64,000 bases of DNA, taken from NCBI RefSeq assembly GCF_018350175.1, contig NC_058368.1, forward strand, positions 214,832,001-214,896,000, in the 5' to 3' direction. Each line of letters starts with the position of its first letter. Within the stretch, counting starts at the first letter, position 1. This document shows positions 40,211 to 53,224 of the stretch, in pieces. The translations under genes and the position numbers were made by a program. The notes under the pieces are model-generated. The model was not told the origin of the DNA, did not search any database, and saw only the letters and a program-made list of their open reading frames with translations. The DNA comes from Felis catus (lineage: Eukaryota).

Positions 40211-40904
40211 TAGATTGTTTCTTTGCTATTGAGTTGTATGGGTTCTTTACATATTTTGTATCTGTCCCCTTATCAGATATATGATTTGCAAATATTTTCT
40301 CCCATTCAGTAGGTTGTCTTTTCATTTTGTTGATGGTGTCTTTTGCTGTGCAGAAGTTTTTTAGAATGATATACGCCCACTTATTTATTTTTGCTTCATT
40401 TACTTTTGTTTTTGGTCAAGTTCAAAAAATTCATCACCAAGACCTATGTCAGGCAATTTACTACTTATGTTTTCTTCTAGGACACTTTTGATTTTCAGGG
40501 TCTTACATTCAGTGTTTTAATCCATTGTGAGTTAATTTTGCATGATGTAAGAAAGTAGTTAAATTTCATGGTTTTGCATATGGCTGCCCAGTTTTCCCCA
40601 CAGCATTTATTGTAGAAACTATTCCCATTGTGTATTCTTGGTTCCTGTGTCATAAATTAATTGACTACTATGTGTGGGTTTATTTCTGAACTTTCTATTG
40701 TGTTTCATTGTTCTATGTCTGTTTTGATGCCAGTACCACAGTTTTATTTACTATAGCTTTGTAACATAGTTTGAAATCAGGGAATGTGATGTCTCCAGCT
40801 CTTTCTCAAGATTGCCTTGGCTATTCAGGATTTTTTGTAGTTGTGTAAAAATTTTGAATTATTTCTTCTATTTCTTTGAAAAATGCCATTAGTATTTTGA
40901 TAAT

Positions 40905-41852
40905 GCTTCTTAAAGTCTAATATTTTATTTAATATTACCAAAGGTATATAGGCTTACTTTGGGCTGAAGTTTGTATAGTATATCATATTAATTCTTTTAT
41001 TTAAAATATTTTTCTATTCTTAGGATTAAAAAAGTGGTATTAACACTCATTAATATTTAAATTTGTGCATTTGGCCCATTAATATTTAGTATAATCATAA
41101 AGATATTTCTATTTATGTATATAATCATGTATTTATTATCTGTTTATCCCACTGAATGGTCTTTTTTTCTTTCTTTTCTTGACATTTTGATTCTGTTTTT
41201 AGAATTTAATTCTCTTGCTTGTAGTTTGTTGCTTCTATATTCTTTTGTATTATTTTAGTTGTTTCCTTTGAGATTAGCTCTGTCCTTGACTATTCAGGTG
41301 TATTATAAATTAGTAACATTATCTCTTCTTTGTGTTTCATTTAACCGCTTTTGCCTTGACTTCCTTTGTATGGTAAAAAATTTATTGACTCTTTCATCTC
41401 ATGATACATCTTAGTACCTTTTCTTTATATTTGCAGGCATATTTGACTTTTCCATTTTTCTTTCTTTTTAAATTACTTTCTATTTCTGTACTCTCATTTG
41501 CTATTGCTTTCTTTCTATTGGTGGTAACCGAGGTTGTTATTTAACTTATTGGCCTGAACATATCTTCATTTTATTTTCATCATCAAAGAGTGTTTCCACT
41601 GAATATAGCATTCTAGATTCTAGTAGTTTTAAAAATTACCTTGAAAACAAAACCATTTTGAAGATGTCATTCCTTTGTCATCTACACTTCATGTATTTTT
41701 ATTTTTATTTTTGATAAGTTAGTGTTCATTAGCATGATTTATTTTTGACAGTGATAATCCCTCCATACACACCACTTGCATTCTTTTAGGATTTTCCTTT
41801 GGTTTTCAGCAATTTTATTGTGACGTGCCAAAGTAAGAGCTAGTTTTCTTTC

Positions 41853-41899
<47 letters not shown>

Positions 41900-42250
41900 C
41901 TCAAGTATCCTTCTTGAAGAATTTAGCTCTTCTCGGATCTGTATCTTGATGACTTTTAAAATGTTGCTTCTATCTCATTATCTTTCACCTAAGAATAGAA
42001 ATAGTTATGTATTCATTTTAGTATTCTTTGTCAACATTCTCATCTGATATTTTAATTTCTTGACTATAAATCAATTATTTTAAAGTTTGTGGCTCATAAA
42101 CTACAATATCTGCTTCTATCTATAGGTCACTTTGTAGTGTTTGTTCCTATCGAATGTAATACATTTCATCTTCCTGTACTTCTGAGTGTTTTTGATTAAA
42201 AGATGGATGTTATTTAATGAAACTCTAGAAGTAACATAATGCTGTGAATC
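40905..42250 (-). mobile_element. Very old L1 fragments with a (TTTC)n tract at ~41845-41901
   Basis: T-rich; ttccactgaatatagcattctag and ccattttgaagatgtcattcc motifs. Confidence 0.55.
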
Positions 42251-43440
42251 CTATGATTAGGTTGTGTTTTCCTCAAAAAAGAAGGTAAAGTTAAATCTCA
42301 AATGTGTTGAGATTCATGGGTATTTTTTAAATTAAGTAAGATTTTCTTGGCCTTAATTAATGTGCGTCTATGCATGAGTTCATAAGTTCTGTGAACCCAG
42401 GAATTATGTGCAGATTATTTTGTGTATATTGGCTTTTGAGTACATGGGCCCTTGGGGAAAAGTTTAGAACTTCCACCAGATGCTCTAAAGACTCATAAAC
42501 AGAAAAAAGTTCAAAGATAACCTTCATGTAGGTTGATTGCCCTGTTTTACATGAGGAGGTTTTCATAGAAACCTGACTATGTAATGCAGATAATGAAAAT
42601 TGGTTACTTTCTGTAGGTCTCTTCTTCCTGAACAAATTTACTTACTGTATATGATGACTGGCCTACATGCTGATTCTTAGATATTCTTCTATACAAAAGG
42701 AAAAACAGAAAAAGGGCTAATGCTCAAGTCAGAACAAATTATATAATCTGAGGGAAATGATCAGATGGACAGGGAAACTGAGGAAAGTATTACTAACATC
42801 ACTTGTTTTTTCTAAAAAAATCTTTTCAAGTGAAAATAATAGCACTTAACTACTCATGTCTTCACTTTTTCTCTATTATTTCTTCCTTCAGGCACCAGAA
42901 AATATTCTATTTTATTTTATTTTTTAAATTCTGTCTTATTTTAAAAAAATTTTTTAGACTCATATTCTGTCATTCAAATTGTAAGTGATGCATTCAAATT
43001 AATAAACTTACTAGAATCTAGTTTCATGCAAATACATCAGAATCTATATATTTCACTTTTTATCTCAATTTCCCTTGCCTGATGCCAATGGCAAGAGCTA
43101 AAAAATAAAGCTGCCGATGTGAAACCAGTGCAAGAAAAAGGATCTCTTATGTAGTTAAATATGTTTTTGAGATAATGATAGATGAGATGCATGAAAGATG
43201 ATGAGAAAATAATTGTTAAAGTAAAAATTTCATGATACAAATTATTTATTTTTATAAATAATGGAGAGAAATTTAAAATTAATGTGAGGTTCAAGTACAC
43301 TTTGAAGAAAGATGTAAGTAATATTTACTTAAGATTGTTATATGGCATGTGTCTTACCTCACATGGTGATATCTCATATGTCTTTGAAAGCTTACATTCC
43401 TAAAGGGAGGAATATATTTATATCTATTACATTTTGTCCT

Positions 43441-43657
43441 GGGGCACCTGGGTGGCTCAGTCAGTTAAGTGTCCGACTTTGGCTCAGGTCATGATATCAG
43501 TTTGTGGGTTCGAGCCCTGCTTTGAGCTCTGGGCTGATGGCTCAGAGCCTGGAGCTTGCTTAGGATTCTGTGTTTCTCCCCTCTCTCAGCTCCTTGCCCA
43601 CTCATGCTCTGTCTCTCTCTCTCTCTCTCAAAAATAGACATTAAAAAAAATTAAAAA
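43441..43657 (+). mobile_element. Feliform CanSINE
   Basis: Full head, (CT)n and A tail. Confidence 0.96.
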
Positions 43658-43788
43658 TACTCTGTCCCTTTGATAGCTAATATATTCAAACTAGAGGTGG
43701 ATGTTTGTATTGATGTTCTGATTCAGAATGGTAAGTATATCCACAGCTTATGTGTTTTATTGACCTTTAAGAACAACAGATAAATATA

Positions 43789-44016
43789 TTTTTTTAAATA
43801 CACATTTTTAAAATGGTTTTATTTATTTTTGAGAGATAGAGAGACAGAGCATGAGCTGGGGAGGGACAGAGAGAGAGGGAGACACAGAATCTGAAATAGG
43901 CTCCAGGCTCTGAGCTGTCAGCACAGAGCCTGATGCAGGGCTTGAGCTTGTGAACTGTGAGATCATGATCTGGGCTGAAGTCAGACACTCAGCCAACTGA
44001 GCCATCCAGGAGCCCC
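43789..44016 (-). mobile_element. Feliform CanSINE
   Basis: Full antisense copy; TSD cagataaa(t/c)at at 43777 and 44017. Confidence 0.96.
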
Positions 44017-44742
44017 CAGATAAACATCTCAAACCTGACAAAATAACACTTTAATTGGGCACCAAAACTTTTGCTTCAATCTATTGTTATCCTGGTTTTC
44101 CTATAATTCTTCATTTGAATACCAAGAGTACATAATCGAGGAGGAATGTACATACATTTAATTTCAAAACTGATTTTTTAACTTAAAAACAATTCTTACA
44201 GAAAAATGTCTTCTTATAGACATGAAATTTTTTCTGTCAAGTAGAAATAACAACCAGAAAACAGAACTATACAATTATTCTGAAATTATAAGCTAAATAT
44301 GGACTCTTTTAACGTTTCAATATTCAAACTCAAAGAGTTTCTTCGTTCTTCTCTATAACAACAGAAAATAAATACAAATATTCACTGACAATATAGTAAT
44401 TTCATGTCTGTTTTTTCCTCTGTGCAACAGGGAGGTGGTACTTAGATGGAAGAAATCATTTCTTCACCCGACAAGACATAAGATCTTACTAGCTTTGTTC
44501 CATGTCTTTTATTGAGATCTACTTAGAAAGATACTTTACTGTGTGGGCTGTTAAATTCCATGTGGCTGACTAGGTAACAAATAGAAAAGACAGAAGCTGA
44601 GGGCCACAGGGGGTTGCACTTGTCAGCATGGTGATAAGCTAGTGCTTTATCATCAGAAACTAAAGAGTACTTAAATGATACTGGCTGCGGTTGTGGTCAT
44701 AATTTATTGGCCTCAAGCGACTCTCTGTGTATGTGCGCTTAC

Positions 44743-44856
44743 CTTTCCTGATCTTGGTTTCTGTTTTGCTGGAGTCTGCATTATAAAACTTCAGTGATCC
44801 CCTTGCATGTAACCTTTATTTCTTGTAACATCAAAAGAATCAGAAAGAACCCATGG
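44743..44856 (-). other. Candidate spliced internal exon (114 nt) of a non-coding or UTR transcript
   Basis: Branch-like TTCTAAC, pyrimidine tract and TAAG acceptor; AAG|GTAAGC donor; stops in all three frames. Motif evidence only. Confidence 0.35.
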
Positions 44857-45589
44857 CTTAAAATATAAGAGAAAAACATATTGGGGGGAAAAGTTAGAAA
44901 GTGAGTGCAAATAAAATGCTACTAGATAGACTGTGGATAGATGAGAACCCAAATGGAAAACTGGAGGTGAGCAGGCCTGAAGCAGGACTATAGAAGTGAT
45001 GTGTTCAAATAATAATTCACTCGTGGGTTGCAACACGATGAGTTAAAAGGGGTCATAAGAAAATGTTTTATTTATTTGTAAAGTACATTCTCTAAAAGGA
45101 ATTGATTTTGAAATCCATATCTACTAGGTGAGAAAATGCTTAAAAGCTTTAGTTAGATTGTTAAAAAACAAGGGTTTTTTTTTTATTGTTTTTTTTTTAA
45201 CACCCTAGGACAATAGCAAGTTGAAGGCACTGATTTTTGACAGTGAGCCAAGTCCTTTTGCCCCATGTTCTGACAGTGAAGGAAGAGATTTCTGAAAAAC
45301 AACAATGAAGGAAATATAATAGTAAAATATTATCCTAGGCACAGAGTCTTCCTATGATCACTTTCCCTAGAGTATTTGTTCCTATCCAAAACTGAATGAG
45401 GAAACCTAAAGTATTGACTTTTTCCTCCTTCTTTTCAATTTATGCAACAAGAAAAAAAAGATAACAATATGAGGAGATAGATATATAAATCAACTTGAGT
45501 ATAATAATCATTTCACTATATATATGTATATATATATAAACATGATGTACACTTTAATATATAGATATATATGTATAACTTTTTATTTA

Positions 45590-46010
45590 AAGAAGTGTGG
45601 AAACAACTCAAATGTCCATCAACAGATGGATAAACAAAATGTGATATATTCAAACAATAAAGTATTATTCAGTTCTAAAAGGAATGAGGTGTTGATATAC
45701 GCTTCAATGTGAATAAAAATCTTGAAAACTTTATGCTAAGTGAAAGACGCCCCAGCACAAAGGCCACACATTGTATGACTCCACTTGTATGAAAATTCCA
45801 GACTAGGTAAATGAACAGAGACAGATGGCAGAGTACTGGTATTCAGAGGCTGGAGGAAGTGGGGAATGGGTGAGGAATGACTGCTTAATGAGGACATTTT
45901 CTGGTTTGGGATGATGAAAATGTTCTGGCTTAGATAGCAGTGATCAGGTAAAGCATAGTGAATGCAGTTGACGCCAATAAATTATAAAATTAATTATTTT
46001 TAATTAAAAA
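45590..46010 (+). mobile_element. L1 3' end (L1MB-like)
   Basis: ggaaacaactcaaatgtccatcaacagatggataaacaaaatgtg...ttatgctaagtgaaagac...ggatgatgaaaatgttctgg. Confidence 0.9.
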
Positions 46011-46189
46011 ATGTATCCTATAAAACACAATTATCAAGAATGTAGAATTAGGATTGATAACCTCAGAAAGAACCTGATTAAAATATGGAGTTAATTGCAA
46101 GGCAGATTTGTATGTGTTGTTTTAGAAATAGTTGTAATCACTCCCAGGATAACGTAGTCTCTGATAGAGTTTTCTTATTCTAAGAGGCA

Positions 46190-47075
46190 GAGACAAAGGT
46201 CGGGTTCTCCTAGAGACCAAAGATTTACAGGCTGGTGGTTATTGGAAGAGTCCTCACAAAAACAACACCTGTAAAGGGATGGGGTTAGCTAGATTGACCA
46301 GAAGGAGGAAGCAAGAGAGAGGCAAAGAGATCACACCTTTGTACTGTTTCCACTAGTCATTAGATGTGAGCCATTCCTAAGGAGGAATTGAAGTAGTTCC
46401 CTTTGACCAATGGCAATTTCTGGGGAAGATCTAGGCTGTGAGTCATGAATTAACAACAATGTCACTTCTGATAATTTTTTCTTGACTTATTTTGATTGTG
46501 TATAGATTGAGCAATATCCTTCTTAGCTGCCCATCTGAATTCTCCCTGGAGTCCCGTGCTCTATTAAGCATCTCCCTAGTTCTCTGCCAGTCAGACTCCA
46601 CTAGCTTCCACTCCAAGTTTGCTATTCATTAACACAATCTACCTAGCTTTTTCCTTAATGAATCCTGCCACCTAGCCTCTATTATTTGGGACCCCATCAT
46701 CACTAGTGGTAACAGAGAACCCAATTTTATAATAGGATCACTCACCAAAAATCCCAGCCAACAAATACAAGCTACCAGTGAGCTGCTTAAAGATTTTGAT
46801 GCCCACCCCACTAGCCCATTCCTTATCACACTGGAAAATGAGATTCCTCCAGGCCCCCTCATGGAACATAGTCATCTAATGGTTATCCTGGCCTTATGTA
46901 AGCCTTGGTTGCAGACTGCCCTTAAGGAACATGGTAACCCTGGGGAAAAGCAGTATCTGGGGAAGGACTCAAATGAGGTGTCGGCAAGCAAAATTTCCAA
47001 CAGGCAGCTCGGGTAATGAGTACCTAGTTCCTAAAAGTGGGGATTCAGGTGATGGAACATAATATTCACTACATG
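46190..47075 (-). mobile_element. ERVL-class LTR and internal fragments
   Basis: ggtttattggaagagtcctcacaaaaacaacacctgtaaaggga resembles an antisense LTR16-type end; internal piece around 46700-46870. Confidence 0.45.
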
Positions 47076-47779
47076 GATTCTGTTCTTACCTCTTCAGGGA
47101 CATCAGTATTATCACATCATTGTATATGATGTGTGCATTGTGTGTGTGGTATAGTGTGTATGTGTGGAAAGGAGAACATGGAAAGGAGAAAAATGAGGGT
47201 CACTTGGCCATTTTCCAGGGTGTTTTTGATGATGTGAATAGATAAATTTTTTTTCAGAGCATCTAACTTATGTAATATTTATTTTACCATTTATATATCT
47301 ATTAAAGAACAGGCCACAAATAAATATCTGCAAAATGATTATTTGATTGTCTGAATAAATAGTAATAACATGTTGATCACTGGGTACATTATCATAAACT
47401 ATTAAGAGCCTTTTTCTCATCTACTTCCTCCCTTCCTTTTTTTTCTTCCCCCCCCCCCCTTTTTTTTTCTCTTCCTCCTACCCTTTTATCACCCAATATC
47501 TTTGTTTGGTTTCTTTCTCTCTTTTTTTTCTTATTTTTTTTTAATTAAAATTTTTTTTCTTTCTCTCTTTAACATTGATCAGATATGTGGTTATTTTATG
47601 GAATTTTTTTATGTTTATGTTTTTAATTTAGTTTTATTTGAACCTATATCTTGATGTATTCATTGAAAAATTGCATCTGATTCTGAAAAAGTTAAAAAGC
47701 ATCCTGTTCAATCATGAAGGAAAAAATGTTTAACAATAACAAAATTGAAAACAATCTTTTAAAATAATTTTTTTAAATA

Positions 47780-48246
47780 ATAAGAGTAAAAAAGTAAAAA
47801 TAGTAACTTTAAACTGGGGACACCTGGTAGAAACTACCTTAACCAAGTGATAAGTTATGTTGATATCCTAAACTCCTGATATGACATGATGATAAAGGAA
47901 TTTTAGGTCTCTGGTGTTCTTGAAAACCCATTAATTTCAATCTCATCGTGAAAAAAAATTAGCTGATTGTAAACTGAGGGTTGTTTTAGAGACACACATG
48001 TGAAAAATGCATGACTAAGACTTTTTAAAACTGTTGAGGTCATGAAAAAATAAAAAAAGAAAACAAAAGTCTAGAAACCTTTGGAGATTGGAGACTAAAG
48101 TGCATGATGACTGAATGTAATGTGTTTTGGACTGTCTTTTGGAATGCAGAATAGAAAAGCTGGTAATATCTGAAAAAGTCCGCAGTTTGGTTAATAGTAA
48201 TGCACTCTTGTTAATTTCTTAGTGTTGACAAATGTACCTTGGTTAC
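47780..48246 (+). mobile_element. L1 3' UTR fragment (L1MC-like)
   Basis: cacctggtagaaactaccttaaccaagtgat...gttaatttcttagtgttgacaaatgtacc. Confidence 0.8.
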
Positions 48247-49607
48247 TTAGTCCAAGAGTCAGAGAAAATTAGGGATGATCCAGAGGAAAGCTAGAGTGAA
48301 TTGCAGGCCCAGCTACTGCTTTGTGCTAATGGAGTGAATCAGTAGATCAGCAATAAGGTGTTTGTGCCACAATATGGCTGCTACTTGCTTTGGTCATTTC
48401 CTTGCTTGGTCATTTGGTCATATTAAACTTCAGCCAGTAGACTGTTTTCTCGAATTCTAGTTTTCTCTTGGAACCTTGTTGCATATAGCAATTGTTTAGC
48501 TTCCCTAATATGTTGCAGTTGTATCTAAATATAAGCATTTTCAAGCCTTAGTCTCAAAAAATAAGATTAGTGTAAGTCAGTTAATTACTGTAGCACATTT
48601 GTTCTTTGTTGTTTTTTTTATTAGATGGAATGAAGATGTTAATAGAGCCCTTGATATTTTTACTCATTTCATTAAATATGAAATGTATATTTATAAACAT
48701 AAATATCCAGCATAATGTCTTGAATATTTATGTAATGCTTTGCTGCCAAAGTCCATATACGTGTATTCATGGATTTTGAGATAATTTTCCAAAGTGATAG
48801 ATTTATGCATATAACACAATGACTCTCTCTGCGTTACCAACCATTTAGTTATGAATAGCTTTCAGCAATTAAGCATGAGGAATTAACTTGCAGATGAATT
48901 TTGAACAAAAAGAGATCTTGGTAGCTCTTAAGAGCTGGTATACCATTAAATTCATTCCAAAGGATATTTTTTAAATTGCCTGTGGAAATATAAGAGTGCT
49001 TTCTTTCTTTCTTTTTAATCATGAAACTTGCCCCAGGTTGCCAAAAATGCAGCCATCAGCATTCTTTAGTGAAGGCAGCTTAGTACTGTCAGCCATCTTA
49101 TCTCCTCTGTTGTATGGATGGTGTTTTTTTTTATCAGTGAATACAAACATTAAAATGGAACCATAATTCTACCTTAGATATATAGAAGGTCTCTAGCTGA
49201 TTCTCTGATTTTGTAGCCTATCTGCTAAAGAAACTAGGCACACAAGCATAAGAGAACACAGTCACAAATTACATGTATTGCAAAGTAACACAATTATTGT
49301 AGATGACAAATAATGAAATGGTAAAGGAATAAAGACCAATTAAAGACCAATAGTAATTTTACAAATATCAGATGACGTGTGTGGAGCTGTATCCAAAATA
49401 TCTACCTGTTATGTCTGTTACTAGATTATTTTTCCAGAAGTATACAGTTAACTCATATTACCATATGATCCTTTGCATACTTTGACTTCTTAGACCATAC
49501 ATAAAACCTCAGGATATTTTATTTTGATCTTTATACAAAGAACACAAAGACATCATTTAATGCCTGAATGATGAAGAGAAGGATAACAACTCTAATTATA
49601 AAATCTT

Positions 49608-49825
49608 GGGGCACCTGGGTGACTCAGTCGGTTAAGCATCCAACTTTGGCTCGGGTCATGATCTCACGGTTTTGTGGGTTTGAGCCCCACATCGGACTCT
49701 GTGCTGACAGCTCAGAGCCTGGAGCCTGCTTCAGATTCTGTCTCCCTTTCTCTCTGCCCCTCCCCCACTCACCCTCTGTCTCTTTCTCTCTCTCAAAAAT
49801 GAATAAACATTAAAAATATTTAAAA
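49608..49825 (+). mobile_element. Feliform CanSINE
   Basis: 14-bp TSD aattataaaatctt at 49594-49607 and 49826-49839. Confidence 0.97.
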
Positions 49826-50859
49826 AATTATAAAATCTTAAAACTTGTGGTATATAAATAAGTTTATGCTTGGCTTCTAAAGCAAAGGGAACTCCATAGA
49901 AAATTTCACAAATATTCTATTGCTTTATTGCAGTAGAAAGTTATTTTTACATAGATAGTTGAACAGAAAAGAATAGACTTGAATGAAAACCTAAAATTTT
50001 TATAAAAAATATCTCATAGACAGCTTTATCCATAGGTACCTTATAATCATGGGATATTTATTAAACACAAATGATGTGTCATACCTGTTTTAAAAGCAGG
50101 GATTATAAAGATGAATAAGGAGCGTTTTCTGTCTTTTATGAACCTCTAGACTACTGGGAGAGCACATGTAAATAGCTAATTATAAACCTCATTTTAATGT
50201 TCTCTCTTAAGCTCAGCATTGGGTATGTGGTGATTCTACCATTATTTATTAAACCACACAGATACATTGTGCACACACACACAGACCCTTTTATACTATT
50301 TGATAGGTATGATATATTTCATAGTATAAACTAATATTGGAAATACAAACTCTATCAGAACATAGCCATGCTAGGTAAGGAATTCTCCAATACTTACTTA
50401 AAGAAAACCTATAAACTGAAACAAAACAACAGCTCCTACATGCTAGTGTGTTCCCAGTATACCTATGTCAGCTCAACATTACCGTACAGTAAATTATGTG
50501 CAATTAAGTGACACCCTAATTTATTATACACTTATTAATATAAGTCTTTATTGTCAAACATAGCTAGGTTTGGAATCAGTGAAGAGTACTGGCTGTATCA
50601 ACTCAGATAACCATTTGAATTGATTCCCTGTTCTTACTAGTAACGTATCTGGGCGACAGTAAGTATTTCACTGCTCCCTCCTCCCCTGTCTCACACACCC
50701 CTGTGAGCCCACACAACTCTGACTTCAACTGCTTTTCTCAAGGGTTCCCAGCAAACCCTGTCCTCTAGTGACTAGTTTGGATGCTGCTTCCAGGGAAAAG
50801 TGTCTAGCCATTACACACTGAGTCCCAACTCCAGCTGACCACCACTGGTAACATTTTAC

Positions 50860-51055
50860 CAGTTAGATGTTTTTCAGAGCACTTAGAACATTCTAAAAAT
50901 TATTTTATCATTTACTTACTTATCCCCTTCCTTTTCTCACTGGCCACTAAATTCCACAAGGGTGACTAACTTGCCTGTTTTGCTCATCACTGCATTACTA
51001 GTTCTGAGCCTGGTGCTTGGTACTTACGGGGCCATGAATGTTTTTTGAATGGAAG
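50860..51055 (+). mobile_element. L2 3' end
   Basis: cactaaattccacaaggg...ttgcctgttttgctcatcactgca...gcctggtgcttggtac...ttgaatgga. Confidence 0.75.
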
Positions 51056-51670
51056 AGTAAACCTATGGAAAAAAAAAAACCACCTAACATTAAATTTGGG
51101 ATGATGGAATTCAGTATATGTTAATTTCCTCCACATCAAATCCATTATACTCCCCAATTCCATGTTAATGTTTTTAGAATGCTATTTTTGTTACTGCAGT
51201 ACTTTCTTCAAAACAGTACTTTTAGTCAGAACAAATTAAAACTATTATTCAAAGCTTACCAAAATGTAAATCTGAATTTGCTTTCTTACTTTATCTTTGG
51301 CTATGTTCCCTAAAGTTATGCTGTCTACAAAAGAACCTTTGCATTGTTTGTGTCCTTTAGTTCCTTTACCTGAAATACCTCCTGTAATTACTACATATTC
51401 CTCCTTCCAAACACAGCCTTGATTTGATCATGGAAAATTCCCCATGTGGGGATCCAGCCTAGGGAGTAAATGGTATTTGACAGTTTCTTTCTTTTTAATA
51501 TTAAGCCTAGAATTTTCCCCAAAATGAACAAATAAAGAGTGAAAGTAATATTATTAATTATATGCTTAGAGAAATCTAAAGGTATTAACATATCTAAAAT
51601 GCAAAATCAACATTTTATATTTCCATCTGAAAATGAACTCTGATTGATTATCTGGTATCATGGTATTGAG

Positions 51671-51684
51671 TATATGTGTGTGTG

Positions 51685-51731
<47 letters not shown>

Positions 51732-51742
51732 ATATGTATGTA
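51671..51742. repeat. (TG)n-(CA)n-(TA)n compound microsatellite
   Basis: Directly visible. Confidence 0.97.
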
Positions 51743-53224
51743 TTTCCACATTCTAAACACCTTTCATTGTCCTCTGAAGCTTCCTGGACCTCCTGCTCCA
51801 TAACAAATTTCTGTCTACTCTGCAATCTTAAAGCACTTATTGTTTATAATTGTTTTAACAATCTTGTTTCCCTATAAACCACTTAGAAATACCTTCCTCT
51901 TTTGTAGACTTTGTATTGGGTCTTGCACATATAAATGCTCAATAATCTGGGGTTAATTGAATGATTTCCATGTCACACTGTGGAATGCCAATTCAATTTT
52001 GTTTCCTGTCTTTACAAGACAGATACTGATCCCATTAACAGAATTGCTTATATGGCAATTAGCATCATTGAGATAAATTAAATTAATGGATCAGATATCC
52101 ATTTCTTTAGTCTTTAGAAAACTGGCCTTACTGATTAGAAACTTTTCACCAAATTAACATTCATCAAATTAACACTTCTCATGTTTTCATTCAGCCAAAA
52201 CACACATTTATAGAAATTAAAAGATTAGATAAGTTTAAGTGATATGGAATTTTTCCCCACTATTAAGTTCATTTAAATAAAAGCTTCAATAATTTACCCA
52301 AATGAGGTTATTATAAATATTTCCTAGGGATAAAATAAGCTGCTTCTATGTTAGTATGCTATGAGTTTCATTAACTTATTTGTTCATTTTATTTGACCAG
52401 TAACCACTGAGATTAAAGTAATATAAAAATATAGATACACTTTACCACGTTTCATATTACTATTACATTTTGGTTAAAAAAAGACTAAAATAAAGAAATT
52501 TATTGGTAAATTTTGGTATGAATACAGGAAAAACCTTATCTTGAATTGTTAATGGGAATTCATAGCTTTTCTCTACCATAGAAGTCATAATGCCATGCAT
52601 AAATAACTGAAGAAAACTTTTCTCTCATCAGTTTTCTAATGTTCTAAGGTTAAACCTCTTTCCCTTGCCATGTAATATTTTGACCAGCTTCTCTTATATT
52701 TTAGTTAATTTTGTCAATAAGAGGAAATCTATTTTTGCCTAAAATTTAGTCATTAAAAACCTAATCCTATTCAGTTGAAGATATATATTTTATATACACC
52801 TCTACATAGATTTTTCCCCCCCGTGATTTCAGTTCTGGCCTTAGCTCAAAAATTCATCTTGGGACAGCAAATGGGGTTGTGTTTCTTGGCTGTGTGGCCT
52901 TTCATTTTGTTTCTATTCAGGATCTTTTATGTCTTCTTCTGGGAGGATTTAGACTAGAGGATAAGAGACAAACTTTATTTTCTATGCTTTTTCTATCGAG
53001 ACTCCATTTTTAGCTCATGGGCGTGGATGGCAATCGCACAACTATTAGTTCTTTCATGGATTGTACTTGTTCGCAGTCACACTCACCTCTGGAGCACAGC
53101 AGTCCTCATCCCGTGCCTCCTGCCAGTGGTGATATAGGGCTCCGCTAATTTCCTGAAATCTCATTTCTTTCTGTGGCTTTCCTCAGTGTGTCATTCTATA
53201 ATAGGCAACCTCTCACACAGGTGT

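Larger units (their letters stand above)
38880..40905 (-). mobile_element. 5'-truncated L1 (ORF2 C-terminus plus 3' UTR), with two SINE insertions
   Basis: Classic antisense motifs gagatcatatggtatttgtctttctctgtctgacttatttcac, ttacattcccaccaacagtgcac, ttgcaaatattttctcccattc. Confidence 0.93.
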
